From assembly GCA_043228905.1 (NCBI GenBank), contig JBHGNT010000002.1, positions 18,662,001 through 18,726,000 of the forward strand: a stretch of 64,000 nucleotides of DNA, in the 5' to 3' direction. The stretch comes from Azolla caroliniana (Eukaryota > Plantae > Polypodiophyta). The notes under the pieces are model-generated. The model did not search any database. It had not been told where the DNA came from and saw only the letters and a program-made list of their open reading frames with translations. Position 1 is the first letter of the stretch, and every line of letters starts with the position of its first letter. Below are positions 1 to 13,609 of this stretch, one piece after another. The position numbers and the translations under genes were made by a program.

Positions 1-640
1 TATTCTGATAACACTATTGGTGAATAATGAGGTTCTGCAACTCAGATATATTTTACTCAATATGACTCCAATTACCGTTGACGTTAGCTAGATACGTGTG
101 GTGGCTCTCGAGGAGAGTCAATGATAGTTTGGGTTATATTGGTACCCTACTAACAGTCCCTACTGTCTAGGAGAGTCAATAATCATAGTACCCATGATCA
201 AGGTGATTGTTCATTTACAGTTAGTCAGCCAAATTGCCTTTCAGTTTCCGTACTTATACCAGGTATTTATTGTCTGAGATGATGGATGAAGTGGATGGGG
301 AAAGTATGCAATGTCGTCAAATTGTATCATAGGTAAGTGATATGTTTTAAAGTAAGATATGTTTAAACTTACTTTAAAACATATTGTTCCACACAATTCG
401 ACCACAAGTTGGGTCACACCTCAAAATGGTGTAGAACACTGAGAGTTTTTATTCGATGGAAGTCATTTTATTTGACTATACTTCTACTTTGCTAATGTTC
501 AAAATAAAGCTTTCAATACGATGTCATGTGAGTAAAATACTTCAGCATGGTCTATTGATTGAGTGAATGCATCTTACTTTGAAGTACATTTCGCCATCGG
601 CATCGGCATTACTATTGCTTATAGCAGGAACAAATCTGTG
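1..640. repeat. Copy 1 of a local direct duplication (partner ~2083-2850)
   Basis: 1-240 matches ~2083-2312 (ttctgataacactatt...ccaaattgccttt). 424-639 matches ~2636-2849 (aaatggtgtagaa...gcaggaacaaatctg). Confidence 0.85.
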
Positions 641-1925
641 TTAGGAAAACTGGAGTCTTCCAAGGGTTTGTCAGAGGTGGTGGCTGGCACAATTGGAGTG
701 AAGCAAGGATGCCTACTATCACCCACTCTCTTCGGTCTCTATATAGAATCTGATGAGGTATCACATTACATAGAGGGATTTGAGGTGGGTATAGCTATAC
801 AAATATTACAATATGTTGATGATTTTATGTTAATTTCTAACTCTCTAGAGAGACTAAAAGAAACACTAAATGCCTTCAAACTATTTTGTACGGACAAAGG
901 TTTGTCAGTAAACATGGATAATACTAAAATGATCACCCACTCTCTTCGGTCTCATATAGATGAGGTATCACATTAAATAGAGGGATTTGGGAGCATGCCT
1001 AGCGGGTATAGCTCTACAAATATTACTATATGCTGATGGTTTTGTGTTGATTTCTAACTGTCTAAAGAGACTAAAAAAAACTCTTTTGTATGGAAAAATG
1101 TTTGTAAGTAAACATGGATGATACTAAAGTGATGGTGCTTAACACCACTCTCAAGCATGGGTAACAAGATTAAAACCAAATTCAACTTGGGAGAGGAAAA
1201 GATGGAATACACATGCTTCTACACATTTATAGGGCCTAGGTTCTCCTTAAGGGAAGCAGCTTGTGGCCAAGTCACTCGTGGATACCCATGGTGCTTTCGA
1301 GAGATAATGTGCACATTTGTATTTCACATGGAGCAAAACATTAATGCTCCATGATATAATCCCGACAAAGATGGGAGCAACCCATATAATCACCAAGGTG
1401 TTGTTCCAATCAGTGACCTATACCCAATGTCTTTGGGAGCTTCCTAAAGAAAGGTACCCAAGGTTGGCACTTATCTCATCAAGACAACTGATTGAAAATG
1501 AAGACATTCATTGTTGGTTTTCTGAAATACAACAAGGGTTCGAGTCATATGGCATAACCATAAATGTACTATCCCCATTCCAATATAGCTTGGAGTGTCA
1601 CCATCTAAACATGACCAAAGTGGAATGCGAAGAACGCTATTACTTTTTGTAGTGTCTTTTATGAAATCATGAGATACCATTGCCTCTTTAAACAAGGCTT
1701 TGGCCCTCATACTTAGGAGTAACAGCTATAGGGCCTAGGTTCTCCTTATGAGAGGCAGCTTGTGGCCAAGTTACTCGTGGACATGAAGCCCATGGTGATT
1801 TCGGAAGACAAGGTGCATATTTGTAGTTCTATGAGCCACAAACTAAGTTGTGGTTATTTGATATACTTGTCACACCAACTCTTCTCTATGGAGTAGAAAC
1901 ATGGGGATCGATGAATAGGGCTAGT
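640..1925 (+). mobile_element. Decayed non-LTR retrotransposon (LINE, RTE/RTEX-like) reverse transcriptase fragment with internal duplications
   Basis: RT motifs GVKQGCLLSPTLFGLYI, YVDD/YADG and GLSVNMDNTK, plus the thumb-region LWLFDILVTPTLLYGVETWG. Segments ~719-930 and ~932-1130, and ~1227-1330 and ~1727-1830, are duplicated. Many frameshifts. Confidence 0.8.
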
Positions 1926-1937
1926 TTGGGTCAAATA

Positions 1938-2150
1938 TGATGAATAACCCTATATTCATTCAATGTTGCTCTAATTACTATTGATGAATAATGAGGAATT
2001 GAAAGTAAGATACATTCACTCAATATGACTCCGATTACTAATGAATAATGAGGTTCTGCCACTCAAGCATATCCATTCAATGTTTCTGATAACACTATTG
2101 ATGAATAATGAGGTTCTGCAACTCATATATATTCACTCAATGAGTCCAAT
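1938..2150. repeat. Degenerate ~59-bp minisatellite (about 4 units)
   Basis: Recurring tgatgaataatgagg...atattcactcaat units. Confidence 0.6.
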
Positions 2151-2850
2151 CGCCGCTGATGTTAAGTTAGATAGGTGTGGCTCTCTTGAAAAGCAATAGT
2201 TTGGGTTATATTTGTACCCTACTAACAATCCCTACTATCTAGGAGAGTCAATAATCATAGTACCCATGATGAAGGTGATTGTTCATTTACAATTAATCAA
2301 CCAAATTGCCTTTAAGATATGGAGCCTAGTACATTAGCATGTGTTGCACCAGGCGTGCATGGACTTGCCATGGTTTGTTTATTCATGCATGGTATTCATG
2401 AATGGATGTATCTTGCATGGAATGGAAGATTCAGACCTCATTGAATGACCCTAAAGACAAAAGAACACTTATTTACAATGTCGTGTCCATCATTTTGTTA
2501 ATGTATATAGTTATCTTCCCACCATTTCATATATGGAAATTCCTTCATAAATGCACATGGAAGTTCCTTCAAGCTGGAACCATTCCTGTAATAATATAGT
2601 GAATACTTATGAATTTAGTTGATTATCTTGAAATAAATGGTGTAGAATTCTGAGAGTTTTTATTGGATAGAAGTCATTTTATTCGACTATACTTCTACTT
2701 TGTTAACATCCAAAATAAAGCTTTCAATATGATGTCATCTGAGTAAAATACTTCTGCATTGTCTATTGATTGAGTCAATGTATTATCTTAGTTTGAAGCA
2801 CATTTCGACTCCCTGCCATCACCATTGCTTACAGCAGGAACAAATCTGCA
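2083..2850. repeat. Copy 2 of the local duplication
   Basis: Matches 1-240 and 424-639, with a different middle segment. Confidence 0.8.
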
Positions 2851-3219
2851 ATCATGTCTGCTTTGAAAAAATTTGAAAAAATCAAGCCATTATGTGTTTG
2901 ATATAGCATAAAAGATGTTATAACCATAGCACAAAAGATGTTATAACCATCTCATCTGAACATGTTGATATTCATTTGCATAGCACTATATTTGCAGTGT
3001 TTTTCATGCTGAAATCATCTTTAATATGTATAAGATGATTTTTCAAAACCGTAACAAATCTTTGTCAACAAATAAAGACTACACAATTACAATACGAAGT
3101 TCTCAGACGGACAGTTTCAAATGTTTTGAGGATGCCTAGTGAATAAAAAAATTTAAAATAATGCAAGTGTTCAGATTATTTATGATTACAATATTTCTAT
3201 TGTATTTGAAACAAGATTT

Positions 3220-3450
3220 TTAAGATGGAAGGGGTATTTTCCTGGAATTATAATTGACAGAATGACTATAACAGGTATACATGAGTGCTAAAAGTTGGTC
3301 ATTATTGTAGGTGCTTGCAGCATCAGATTCTATTGAACTACTAATATCATTGTCAATGATATGGTAAGAGGAGATGAAGCTCATGATCATCTTATGTTCT
3401 ACCTCATCTTCTAAGTGCAGACCATGATCATAAGGTCTTAATTCCATTTA
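3220..3450 (-). CDS. Probable terminal (C-domain) exon of the MADS gene
   Basis: ttgtag acceptor at 3451-3452, followed by TAA and then a 75-codon open frame. Reading frame is uncertain. Confidence 0.45.
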
Positions 3451-3613
3451 CTACAACACATACATGTATTAGTCCTGTGTATGTATGTGTCAAAGAGAGA
3501 GAGAGAGATTGTTTTTACTCACGTTCAATGTCTATATATATAATGAGCAGCAGTAGCAGACAAAGTAAATGATAACTAAATAAATAGATCTAGATGTTTG
3601 TGAGGTCTCTCAC

Positions 3614-3657
3614 CTCCTTTTTCTCAACCTCGCATTCTCTTTTGTCAGCTCTGTTTG
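3614..3657 (-). CDS. MADS gene exon 6 (K3b)
   Basis: cag|QTELTKENARLRKR+AG|gtgaga; E-N-x-x-L-R motif. It is 44 nt rather than 42 or 45. Confidence 0.8.
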
Positions 3658-3787
3658 CTGCCCAAATGGTTATATATGATGATTCCATTAATTAAGTACA
3701 GGTGTACATTGGCATACATTATATATGCATCTGTCTATACGGAACACAAACATATATGTAAACATATGTAATTAGTTCTTAACTAAC

Positions 3788-3829
3788 CTTAAGGACCAAG
3801 TTCTTCATGCTCATTGATAACGCTTCCTC
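3788..3829 (-). CDS. MADS gene exon 5 (42 nt, K3a)
   Basis: tttag|EEALSMSMKNLVLK|gttagt; canonical 42-nt size. Confidence 0.85.
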
Positions 3830-4070
3830 CTAAATTTATATAAACATTTTGAGATTTAAGTAAAATCATTTTACAATGCGAACCATACATTAGGCCACAA
3901 GGTTATAAGTAATACATGCAAGCAACTTGTACCAATAATTTTCTAGTATCATCTTGTAGTTCACACTCAACAAAAAAGATTAGAGAGCATTTTCCACATT
4001 ATTCCATGTATCATGACTAGGCTTCATATCAAAAGCATGGAAAACTAAAATGATCAAAAGCATATGTTAC

Positions 4071-4173
4071 CTTAATGCGACGGATAGTTCCCAATCCTTT
4101 CTTTATGTCCTCCAATTTCTTCAGATCCTCATATGATAGCTTCTGTAGTCCCTCTGTATCGCCAGCTCTCAAT
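4071..4173 (-). CDS. MADS gene exon 4 (K2 helix)
   Basis: ttgcag|LRAGDTEGLQKLSYEDLKKLEDIKKGLGTIRRIK|gtaac, 103 nt. Matches the K-box consensus GEDL..LS..EL..LE..L..GL..IR.RK. Confidence 0.9.
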
Positions 4174-4504
4174 CTGCAACATGCATGCTGATATATGTAT
4201 AAACTTTTTTTTGTAATATATTGCTTGGGAACCTAAATGCTATGTGAAACAATGATTACCATGAAGTCAATATATTTATACATGACGAGAGTGTAAAGAT
4301 ACTAGGAACATTGCTTCCCATGATTTCCCTTTAGCAACACAGAAACATATAGTTATACAATAGATGTTGAAACCAAGACCAACATCTACACGTGCATGCA
4401 TTCACAAAAATTGATAAAGTGAATGATTGCCAGAAACTCTTCACAGCATTAAACCCAATGCTCGAAGCTTATGAGATGTTACAATCAGTTTTTTCAGAGG
4501 ATAC

Positions 4505-4554
4505 CTTTGCTCTTGTTTAAGCCTCTCCACGTCATTCCGCAACGTAATTACCTC
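4505..4554 (-). CDS. MADS gene exon 3 (K1 helix)
   Basis: cag|EVITLRNDVERLKQEQR|gtat, with a heptad pattern; ends in phase 2. Acceptor position is slightly uncertain. Confidence 0.75.
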
Positions 4555-6229
4555 CTGATCACTAACAGTATACATTGTCACCACAATAGAACTACTATCC
4601 TAGAAGAAACCAAGTGGGCATCTATGCAGGCATCCATACATATATATGTAAATCAGTCGCTTCTCATCAAAATGCTGTAAAGAAAATAAACAAATAACCC
4701 ATTAAATCTTGATTCACTCTTTTCCAGCAATTCATAACATTCAAAATTAGTAGCAACCCACAACCTATTTGAAAATCACAGATCTTAGTCATTTGATTGC
4801 ACTTAGAGGATATCATTTAATGCAATAAAGTTTTTTCTGTATTCTTAACAATCAACGTTGGTTGCTTGTTCTCATGGGAGCGGCGGTGTGGGGAGTTTTA
4901 CATTCCAGCTTGATGTTGTATGAGGGAGACGATGTTCACGAGGCCAAGACGATACACAATAGAATATTAATATCAGTTCATTTCAACAACCTCGAAAAGC
5001 AGGTGCGATCTGACCATATTTGGAAAACAGTGACTATGGTAACGTTATGGGTATTATGAAAATGTAGATGTAGTCGACTTTATGATGCAGCAAATCTTGG
5101 TCCTTCAGATGTATTTCTCGAGATATGGGAGAAATTGCTGACAATAATCCATGTGCAATATGATAATACACATGGTTTTCTAGAAAATGTTCATAAGACA
5201 AGGATGAAGCTTCTTCACTTATGGAGAAAGGTGCCCCTCTTTGTAGAGTTAGACCAAGGGCCTTAACTATCGACTTCCATGGACCCTTTCTTGAATATTA
5301 GTACATAATGGCGATGTACCGCATCAAGTTTCAGCACCCCTTTATAAGTTGTTTTTGTATGTACAAGTTTGGTGTACAGACAATGTGTTTTATTCTATGT
5401 TGTACGCCTCTAGGCAGAAAACTTCAAGTTGTAGCCTTCAAACGTTTTTAATACTATTGAAGAAAATATTTCAAGGAATAATAAGATGAAGAAAACACCG
5501 TCATTACTAGTAGAAGCTTAATCGCTTATTGGAATTACTTGTTATTATAACTAAAGGAGCATAGATATCTTTCCTCAAAGAAGGATTCTCAAAGGAAAAA
5601 ATGGTTTAATCATAGACTCTAGATCGTTGATTGTTGATAAAAAAATCCGTAGGCTCATCAATCTCGTTAGAATCCCCACGGAATCTGCCTCTTGTTGGGC
5701 TAGCCCACATCGAATCTAACCATAGGTGCTTCCCTCACTTCGGAGACATTTCCATTCTGGATCGACCTATGCTAGAGATCTTTCGAAGACAAAAGCTACA
5801 ATACACCTAACTTGAGAATCTCACTTGTGCCAAAAACCAGATTCCCTTGTTTCTTCTCTTTCCATCTTATTTACTTTTATATTTACTGTGTAATATTTAT
5901 TTTATTTTGATTTGTTCTCAAAGACGAGACAACACTCAAGATGTAATCTCTTATTTGGTCTTATAGGTCATTTTGGCCTCTTAAAAGACGTTAAAATATC
6001 TTTCTTTCTTTAGGGAATGTATGTGAAAACTACCCCATAATAGGCAGTCACAACCTCACCAACAAACAACAAAAATCTGGATTTTCATTGTAGTATATTA
6101 CGAACATGCACAAGTAATAAATCTATGTTAAACTTGGTTCCAAACATCAAAGATCATGACACTTATTCGTAAAGAAATCTAAAAGTTTAGGGATGGAATA
6201 TAATCGAATGCAAGTCATCCATACGTGGT

Positions 6230-7042
6230 GAACCATGTGGAGGAAGAACCATTGTAGTATATACGTAGAGAGGAAGAACCAGACAGTCCAAGAGATGGCT
6301 CATACAATGCTATCTCAATCTGATCTTCCTCTCTCATTTTGGGGTGAAGCTGTCAACACAGCAGTCTACATCATCAATTGCTGCCCAACAAAAGCAGTTG
6401 CCGCAATGACCCTTGCAGAAGCATTTACAGGTGTAAAGCCCTCAGTTTCTCATTTTAAAGTCTTTGGTTGTGATGCTTATGTTCACATTTCATATCATAA
6501 AAGGACTAAATTTGAGTCAAAAACCAAGAAATGCAAATTTCTTGGTTACAGCACACAATGTAAAGCCTACAAGTTATGGGATTTAGAATCAAAGTCCCTA
6601 GTCACCTCACGGGATGTTCATTTTGTGGAGTCTCAATCGGATAACTCTAGGATTTTACCTAAGTTCACGGTTGAAATCCCAGCTCCTCTGGAATCTCCTA
6701 TTTTAGACGTAGATATCTCACCTTCAAGCCCCCCATGTCCTCCTACTCAATCTCTAACTTCACTAACAATTCAAACCTCTTCTTCAACTCCACTCGTTTC
6801 CCCTCCCTCTACACACTAGCTTCCACCACTTCCCAAGTGGCCTCAAGCCACCATTCGTGATTCTCATCTCTCCGATGTTGAACTTCACAAGTATACATTT
6901 GGCATTTGACCAAAACAAGGTATTGATTTTGATGAATTTTCTCACCAATAGTGAAAAGGAGTTCTATTCAAGTTATTTTAGGTTTGATAGCTCGTTTAAA
7001 TCTTGAGGTTGAGCAACTTGATGTGAAGACCGCCTTCTTATA
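6230..7042 (+). mobile_element. Ty1/Copia fragment (integrase C-terminus plus RT remnant) in MADS intron 2
   Basis: ERKNQTVQEMAHTML...FWGEAVNTAVYIIN...HFKVFGC..Y; RT remnant QGIDFDE...LEVEQLDVKTAFL at ~6910-7040. Confidence 0.85.
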
Positions 7043-7730
7043 TAATTCCAAGTAGTTCTAGTGTAAAACCTTATAGTGATCAAATGCCTTGTTTTGAAGA
7101 GGTAGCAATACTTCCCTCTTATTTCATAAAAAGACAGCACAATGGAGAACATAGCATTCTTCCAATTTCACCCCCAGATGGCACATTTGGATATTTTCCA
7201 CTTGGATAACTTCCACGTGTCAAATAATTTGTTTGGAAGATCAAGCATTTTCTCATCTTTTGCTTTCCTATGTTTGGGGTGCTTAGAATTTGCGCAAAGA
7301 TCCTACTTACGATTCCCATTACTTTATTTGGATTTCTTTTAAATGTTCTACAAGGTATGATTTTCATCGTGGTTTAAACAAAAATAAATTCGCAGCAATA
7401 CACACACTGTTTGCTTAAGAGTTCATACAAATCAAAGAAAACCCAAGGGAATCATCATCCTGATGAGAAGCTTGGTCTTGTTGAAGAGGAATGTAGTTAA
7501 TAGGGTTTAAATCCAACTTCGTATAGCTTGTTTCAGAATTCATAATTCAATAAATCCAAGATGCAAATACTTGAAATCACACAGCACATGCAATTACCTT
7601 ACATTAGATATAAACCAAAAGGATTGTTCTTTCCAATGGAAAGATTGTCTTTAACCAAGGGTACCAATTTGATGAAAGCTAAAATGGTGGGGGGATACCA
7701 GCAATAATGAATATGAAGAGCATTGGTAAT

Positions 7731-8004
7731 CAGGTCACCAATTGATTTTCTCTGGTATAGCTTAAAACTATGATAGGAGTTGCTAAAATAGACATGAGAT
7801 TCAATTGGTGTTTTGTTGAAAGCTAACTCGCTGAGTTAAGCCTTTTCAAAATCAGATTGTTCACTCAACAACACAGGTCACCAATTGATTTTCTCTCACA
7901 TAACTTAAAACTATGATAGCAGTTGTTAAAATAGACATGAGATTCAATTGGTGTTTCGTTGAAAGCTAACTCACTGAGTTAATCCTTTTCAAAATCAGAT
8001 TGTT
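7731..8004. repeat. Direct tandem duplication, ~143-bp unit x2
   Basis: caggtcaccaattgattttctct...aaaatcagattgtt occurs at ~7731 and ~7874. Confidence 0.85.
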
Positions 8005-8181
8005 TTGCTTATAGTTTCAAACTCTTTTACTAGTAGATATTGGGATTATTTAGACGTTACATGCGCAAAGTAATCTCCTCAGTGTATGAACGAGTATGAT
8101 AACCAGGTTATATGCTATGGTTAACTAGCTCATTATGCCTTCTGATGTTATATGATAACAAAATATCTGAGGGTAAGAAAA

Positions 8182-11100
8182 TGAAAGTTACATGAGTATA
8201 AATAACTAGGGCAAAAACTTATTGACTGCGTGAGTTGTGTAGTTAGTCATTGTATAGTGTGCAAGAGATAGATAGAGACAAGAAGTTGTATCTGTTGTAA
8301 CTGCCGGTTGGCAAAGATATATAGAGCTCGAGGTTGTTGCCTCTCAATTTTCTATTGTACCCTTCCTCTCTCCTATAGTGATCCTGATTGGAGTCTGTGA
8401 ACTCTTGTGGTTTTGCCTCTCGAGGTTTTCCACGTTAACATATGGTGTCGTCTCATTCTTGTGTAACTGTATCAATCTCTATTTTTTTCTATTCTGTTTC
8501 TTCCTATTTGAGTTTGGATCTCGGTTGTGGCCGAGTGTGATTCCTCTCAAATTGGTATCAGAGCAAAGTTATATAAACTTCAAACAAAACAAAGTGAAAT
8601 GGAAGATTCATTTGAAGGCATGTTCAAGCTCACCAGCTCCAACTACTCAATGTGGAAGTCGAAGATGAGGGACATTCTAGTGGTCAAAGATCTCTGGATT
8701 CCAATACAGTTTGGAGATAAAAGACCAAACAAGATTGATATCGCAACCTGGGAGGGAATGCACTTGAAGATGACAACATACATTCAATGCTTCATTGACA
8801 TGAGCCTGTACAACAACTTCAATAAAGAAAACAAGGCCCATGACCTTTGGGAGAAGATTGACATTATGTTGGAGAACAAAAATACCATGAATCAAGTCTC
8901 AATATTTCGAAAAATAGTGAGGCTCGGGTATCAGGACGGCTCCAGCATGGCGGAGCATATGAATCCCTTCCAAGGGCTAATAAACCAAACTACCTCACTC
9001 TAAGTATCTCTAGCCAAAGAGGTATTGGCATTGTTGTTGTTCGGATCCCTTCCGGATAGCTGGGAGACATTGATCGTCACGTTGGGCAACGCCGAACCGA
9101 AAGGTAAGCACTTGTCCCTAGCAAGTGTAAAATCGAGCTTGCTGAATGAGGACGCTCGTCGAAAGACAAGGAGACAATTTCCGACCCAAAGGCCCTAGTC
9201 ACGAAAAGTGATACACATAGAGGGAGAGGCGGAAATCGGAGTCCCCAAAAGTGCTTCTATTGTGGGAAGTCATGGCACTTCCAAAAGAACTGCCGACACT
9301 TTCGAAAGGAAAAAGGGGGAGCCGACAATGCTGACTAGAAGAAGAGTTTGGACAGGAAAGGCACGTCGGCTGTTGTGACAAGCGAGGAGGAACCACTACT
9401 CATAAGTGAGCAGAACGAATTGAGTCTTGTCGAGGATGAATCGACATGGGTAGTCGATTCGGGTGCGTCATTCCACCTGACCTCGTCAAAAAGTGCTTCT
9501 CATCCTACAAGGCAGGAGACCACGGCCTTGTAAGGATGAGAAATGAAGGTGCATGCCGAATTGTCGGCATCGGAGATGTGTGCCTGGTAAAGTCGATTGG
9601 TATTGAAGGATGACTGACACATTCCGGAAGTTCGACTAAACCTAATATTAGTCGGTTAGCTGGATGACGAAGGCTACACGGGTAGAATCCGGAACGGAGT
9701 CCTAAAGTTCAGCAAAGGGAGCCTGATTGTGGCCCAAGCTCAAATATGTCAGTCAGAAGTGAATGTGGTAGCTGACATTGCTGGTGAACTGTGGCACATG
9801 AGGTGGTGCCACATAAGCGAGAAGGGGATGCAAAGACTGGCCGATGACAACCTCATTTCGGAGGGGAAGAACGTGCAACTTGAGAAGTGTATTGATTGCT
9901 TGGCCGGCAAGCAAAACCGAACCTCTTTCCGGTCGAGAACGACAAGAAGGAAGGCACCACTTGAACTCATGCATACCGATGTATGCTCCGTGGACACGAA
10001 ATCACATGCTAGATCGCAGTACTTCATGACCTTCATAGATGACCACAACAAGAAGTTGTGGGTCTCCACGCTGACGACGAAGGACTAGGTACTATCTGTC
10101 TTTAAGGAGCTTCATGCGAGAGTCGAGAGAGAAACCAGCTGGAAGCTTAAAGCAATTCGAGCAGACAACGGAGGTGAATACCAAGGGCAATTCGAGGAGT
10201 ACAACCAGTCGAAGGGAATCCGGCTCGAGTACACTGTGCCGAAGACGCCAGACCTTAACGGGCTAGCCGAGAGGATGAACCAGACTATTATGGAAAGGGT
10301 TTGAAGTATGCTTGCACATGCTAAGTTGTCCAAGATATTTTGGGCTGAGGCGCTGATGACAACGACGTACGTGATAAACAGATCACCGTTGACACCCTTA
10401 GACGGAGATATACCACAGAGAGTGTGAACCGGCAAGGACATGTCGTACCGACACCTAAAGGTGTTCGTTTGTCTTACCTACGTACATGTGGCTAAGGATC
10501 AAAGGAGAAAATTGGATCCAAAATCTCGGCCATGCATATTTCTCGGCTACGATGATGACAAATTCGACTACCGATTATGGGGCTTAGTCGACAAGAAAGT
10601 CATTCGGAGCCAAGACATAGTCCTCATGGAGGAGAAGACTATTGTCGACTGGGTGTTGGAAGCCTACAGCCAACTGAGAACATGGAGACTGAACCGAATT
10701 CTAGTCGACTATCAGAAGCCAATTAGGAGGCAAATTCAGACAAGGAACCGGAATGATCGAGACCCCGAATTGGATTTGGATGAAGAACTAGTGGCAGAAA
10801 ACCAAGGAAGAAGTTACTCTCTTAGTGAGAAAAGGCCCCCTCGGAGATTTCCGGATGAAGAGCATGTATTGTTGACCGACGAGGGGGATCCGCAAAGCTT
10901 CAAAGAAGCAAAGAAAGACACTCACAGCCGCAAGTGATTAAGTGTCATGCAAGACAAGATGGATTCCCTGCATGAGAATCACACATACGAATTGACAAAG
11001 CTGGCGAAAGTAAAGAGGGCGCTCTAGAACAAGTGGGTATACAAGGTGAAACCGGGAGACGACAGAAATCCTACAAGGTACAAAGCCCACATCATGGTGA

Positions 11101-13609
11101 AGCGCTTCCAACAAAAGAAAGGAGTGGATTTCGACGAGATCTTTGCCCCGGTCATGAAGATGGCATCTATCCAGACGGTGTGCTTGTGTCGTGATGTTTT
11201 CGACACAGTGCGAAACCACCCTCAAAGGAGAATAAAGTAGTGGTCCAAATAAACTAATATTACAAATTTAACTTTTGTAATAAATGATGAAAAGATAGTA
11301 AGGTAGAAGCGGTTTTTCAAAAGTAGATAAAAATAGAAAAAGTAAGAGAGAAAAAAACGCAAGACGTGGAATTGAGGAGCTAATTTCCTCATCTGATGTC
11401 CAAATTAGACAAGAAAAGATCCATAAGAAAGCTAACTCAAAGGGCTTTCCAAAAATAACTTGTATGTCTAATTTGGACTTACAAAAATAAAATAATGATA
11501 GAAATAAAATGCGACTCATATAGACAAGCTTTTGTTTAGGAGAAAAATAAAGCAAGCCATGGAAACCCTATAAATAAGAGCTATTCTTAAGAAGAAGGGG
11601 GGGAGATGGATAGGGATTTAAAGAAGAAAAGATTTATGTTTCCTCTCTCATACTCTTAACCCTAAAGGGGGATATAAAAAAATCACGTATCAAAATAAGT
11701 CCATTATATGGATGATTTAGTAATAAAAACTCTGTATGTTTCCTCTCGTACTCTAAGCGTTCTTACTCATAAAAATAATTAATCATTATTCGATCTTCAA
11801 TACTCTCTTACTCGAAGATTTGTTTATGCATTAATATAATTAAGTATTATTCAATTTCTCATACTATCTTACTCTTATTTGAGGGAAATATCTCGTCTTA
11901 AAACTTAAAGTGTATAAATCATTTAGCCCTAAATCCTTCTGGTCCAGAACCCTGACGGTTCCAACTCATGATTCGCACTAGCTGGTGGATTTTCACGACA
12001 CCGATTGAAGAAGAGCTTATACGATTTGAAGCAAGCTCCCAAGCAATGGTACCAGAAGTTGGACTCCTTCATGACCGACCAAGAATACCACAAGACGCAT
12101 GCCAACCACTGTGTGTTCGTGAAAAAGTTCGACGGAAAAGAATTCCTAATACTCCTGCTATATGTGGACGACATGTTGATCGACGAACGCGACCGTATCA
12201 AAATCAACACATTGAAGAAGGCCTTGAGCAAGTCTATGGGTCCGGCGAGAGAGATCTTAAGGATGCACATAGTTCGAGACCGGACGAAGAAGCTATTGTG
12301 GTTGTCACAGGAGAAGTACGTGACAAAGGTGATCCAAAGGTTCAGCATGGTGGATGCGAAGATGGTCGGGTCGACAGTTCCGACAAACTATAAGTTGTCC
12401 AGGAAACAAAGTCCGAAGACTAATACGGAGAAAGTTGAGATGATGAAGGTACCTTACGCCTCGGTAGTTGAAAGCCTAATGTACACGACTGGACATCGGA
12501 TATACAGTCGGAGTGTGAGCCAATTCATGAGAATTCCAAGAAAAGAGCACTAGGCCATCATCAAGTGGATACTCTGATACCTGAAAGGTAGCTCGAGTGC
12601 TCGAGTGTGTGCTTTTGATTTAGCTCAAGTAAACCCCTTTAGGAAGGCTTCTCTGATTCAGACATGTCGGTTGATGTACATATCACCCGGTTCACGATAT
12701 GTCATGACCTATGCAAGGGAGTCGTATCGTGGGAGTTGAGACTACAGAAGTCCGTGGCATTGTCAACCACAAAAGTAGAGTACATGGCAGCCGTAGAAGC
12801 CAACAAGGAAGTGATCTAGATGAAGGACTTCATCGGAGAATTGGGAATTCAACAGGAAGAATTCTTATTCTACTGCAACAGTCAAAGTGTCATCCATCTT
12901 GCAAAAAACACGGCCTACCACTCTATGACCAAGCACATCCAGAGGAGATACTACTAGCCCTTTGAGTGGGCAAAAGCCAAAAACTTTGCTTTGATAAAGA
13001 TCCACATGGAGAACGGGTCGAACTTGCTGACCAAGGTGCTCTGACAAAGAATCCCATGGCGGAGTGAAGGGAGAGTTTGCTGGCAAACCAGTCCCTCTGG
13101 ATGGGAATTAGACGAGCCGGATGAAGAAACCGAACCAGATGGATCCAAGAGGTATCCGGCCATATCCGGTGTGTACCAAAAAACAGGGACATATTAGTAA
13201 ATATGTTTCCTATGCACCTGTTGAGGCTATACTTGTAAATAGCCTGAAAGTTACATGAGTATAAATAACTAGGACAAAAACATATTGACTGTGTGAGATG
13301 TGTAGTTAGACATTGTATAGTGTGTGAGAGATAAATAGAGACAAGAAGTTGTATCTGTTGTAACTGCTAGTTGGCGAAGATATAGAGCTCGAGGTCGTTG
13401 CCTTTAAGTTTTCTATTGTACCCTTCCTCTCTTCTATAGTGATCATGTTCGAAGTCTGCGAACTCCCGTGGCTTTGTCTCTCGAGGTTTCCACGTTAAGA
13501 TACGGTCTCGTCTCATTCCTATGTAAGTGTATCAATCTCTATTTTTTTCTGTTCTGTTTCTTCCTATTTGAGTTTGGATCTCGGTTGTGGCCGAGAGCGA
13601 TTCCTCTCA
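8182..13609 (+). mobile_element. Element A: decayed Ty1/Copia LTR retrotransposon (E/J family) in MADS intron 2, antisense to the gene
   Basis: 5' LTR 8182-8549 (5'-truncated); PBS TGGTATCAGAGC (tRNA-iMet) at ~8553; gag MEDSFEGMFKL at 8599; PR, INT, RT and RH remnants with many stops; PPT GAAGGGAGAG; 3' LTR 13078-13609 (TG...CA). Confidence 0.93.
11187..12000 (+). mobile_element. Probable solo LTR inserted in the RT of element A
   Basis: Termini TGTCGTGA...TCACGACA (8-bp inverted repeat); AT-rich; CTATAAATA at ~11568; interrupts the Copia RT. No TSD seen. Confidence 0.7.

Noticed and set aside
5632-6146. Possible solo LTR (TGTTG...AAACA)
   Set aside because: No TSD, PBS/PPT or second copy in the window to support it.
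7590-7730. Possible Gypsy RT/RNase H remnant (KKDCSFQWK-like)
   Set aside because: Too short and degenerate to support.
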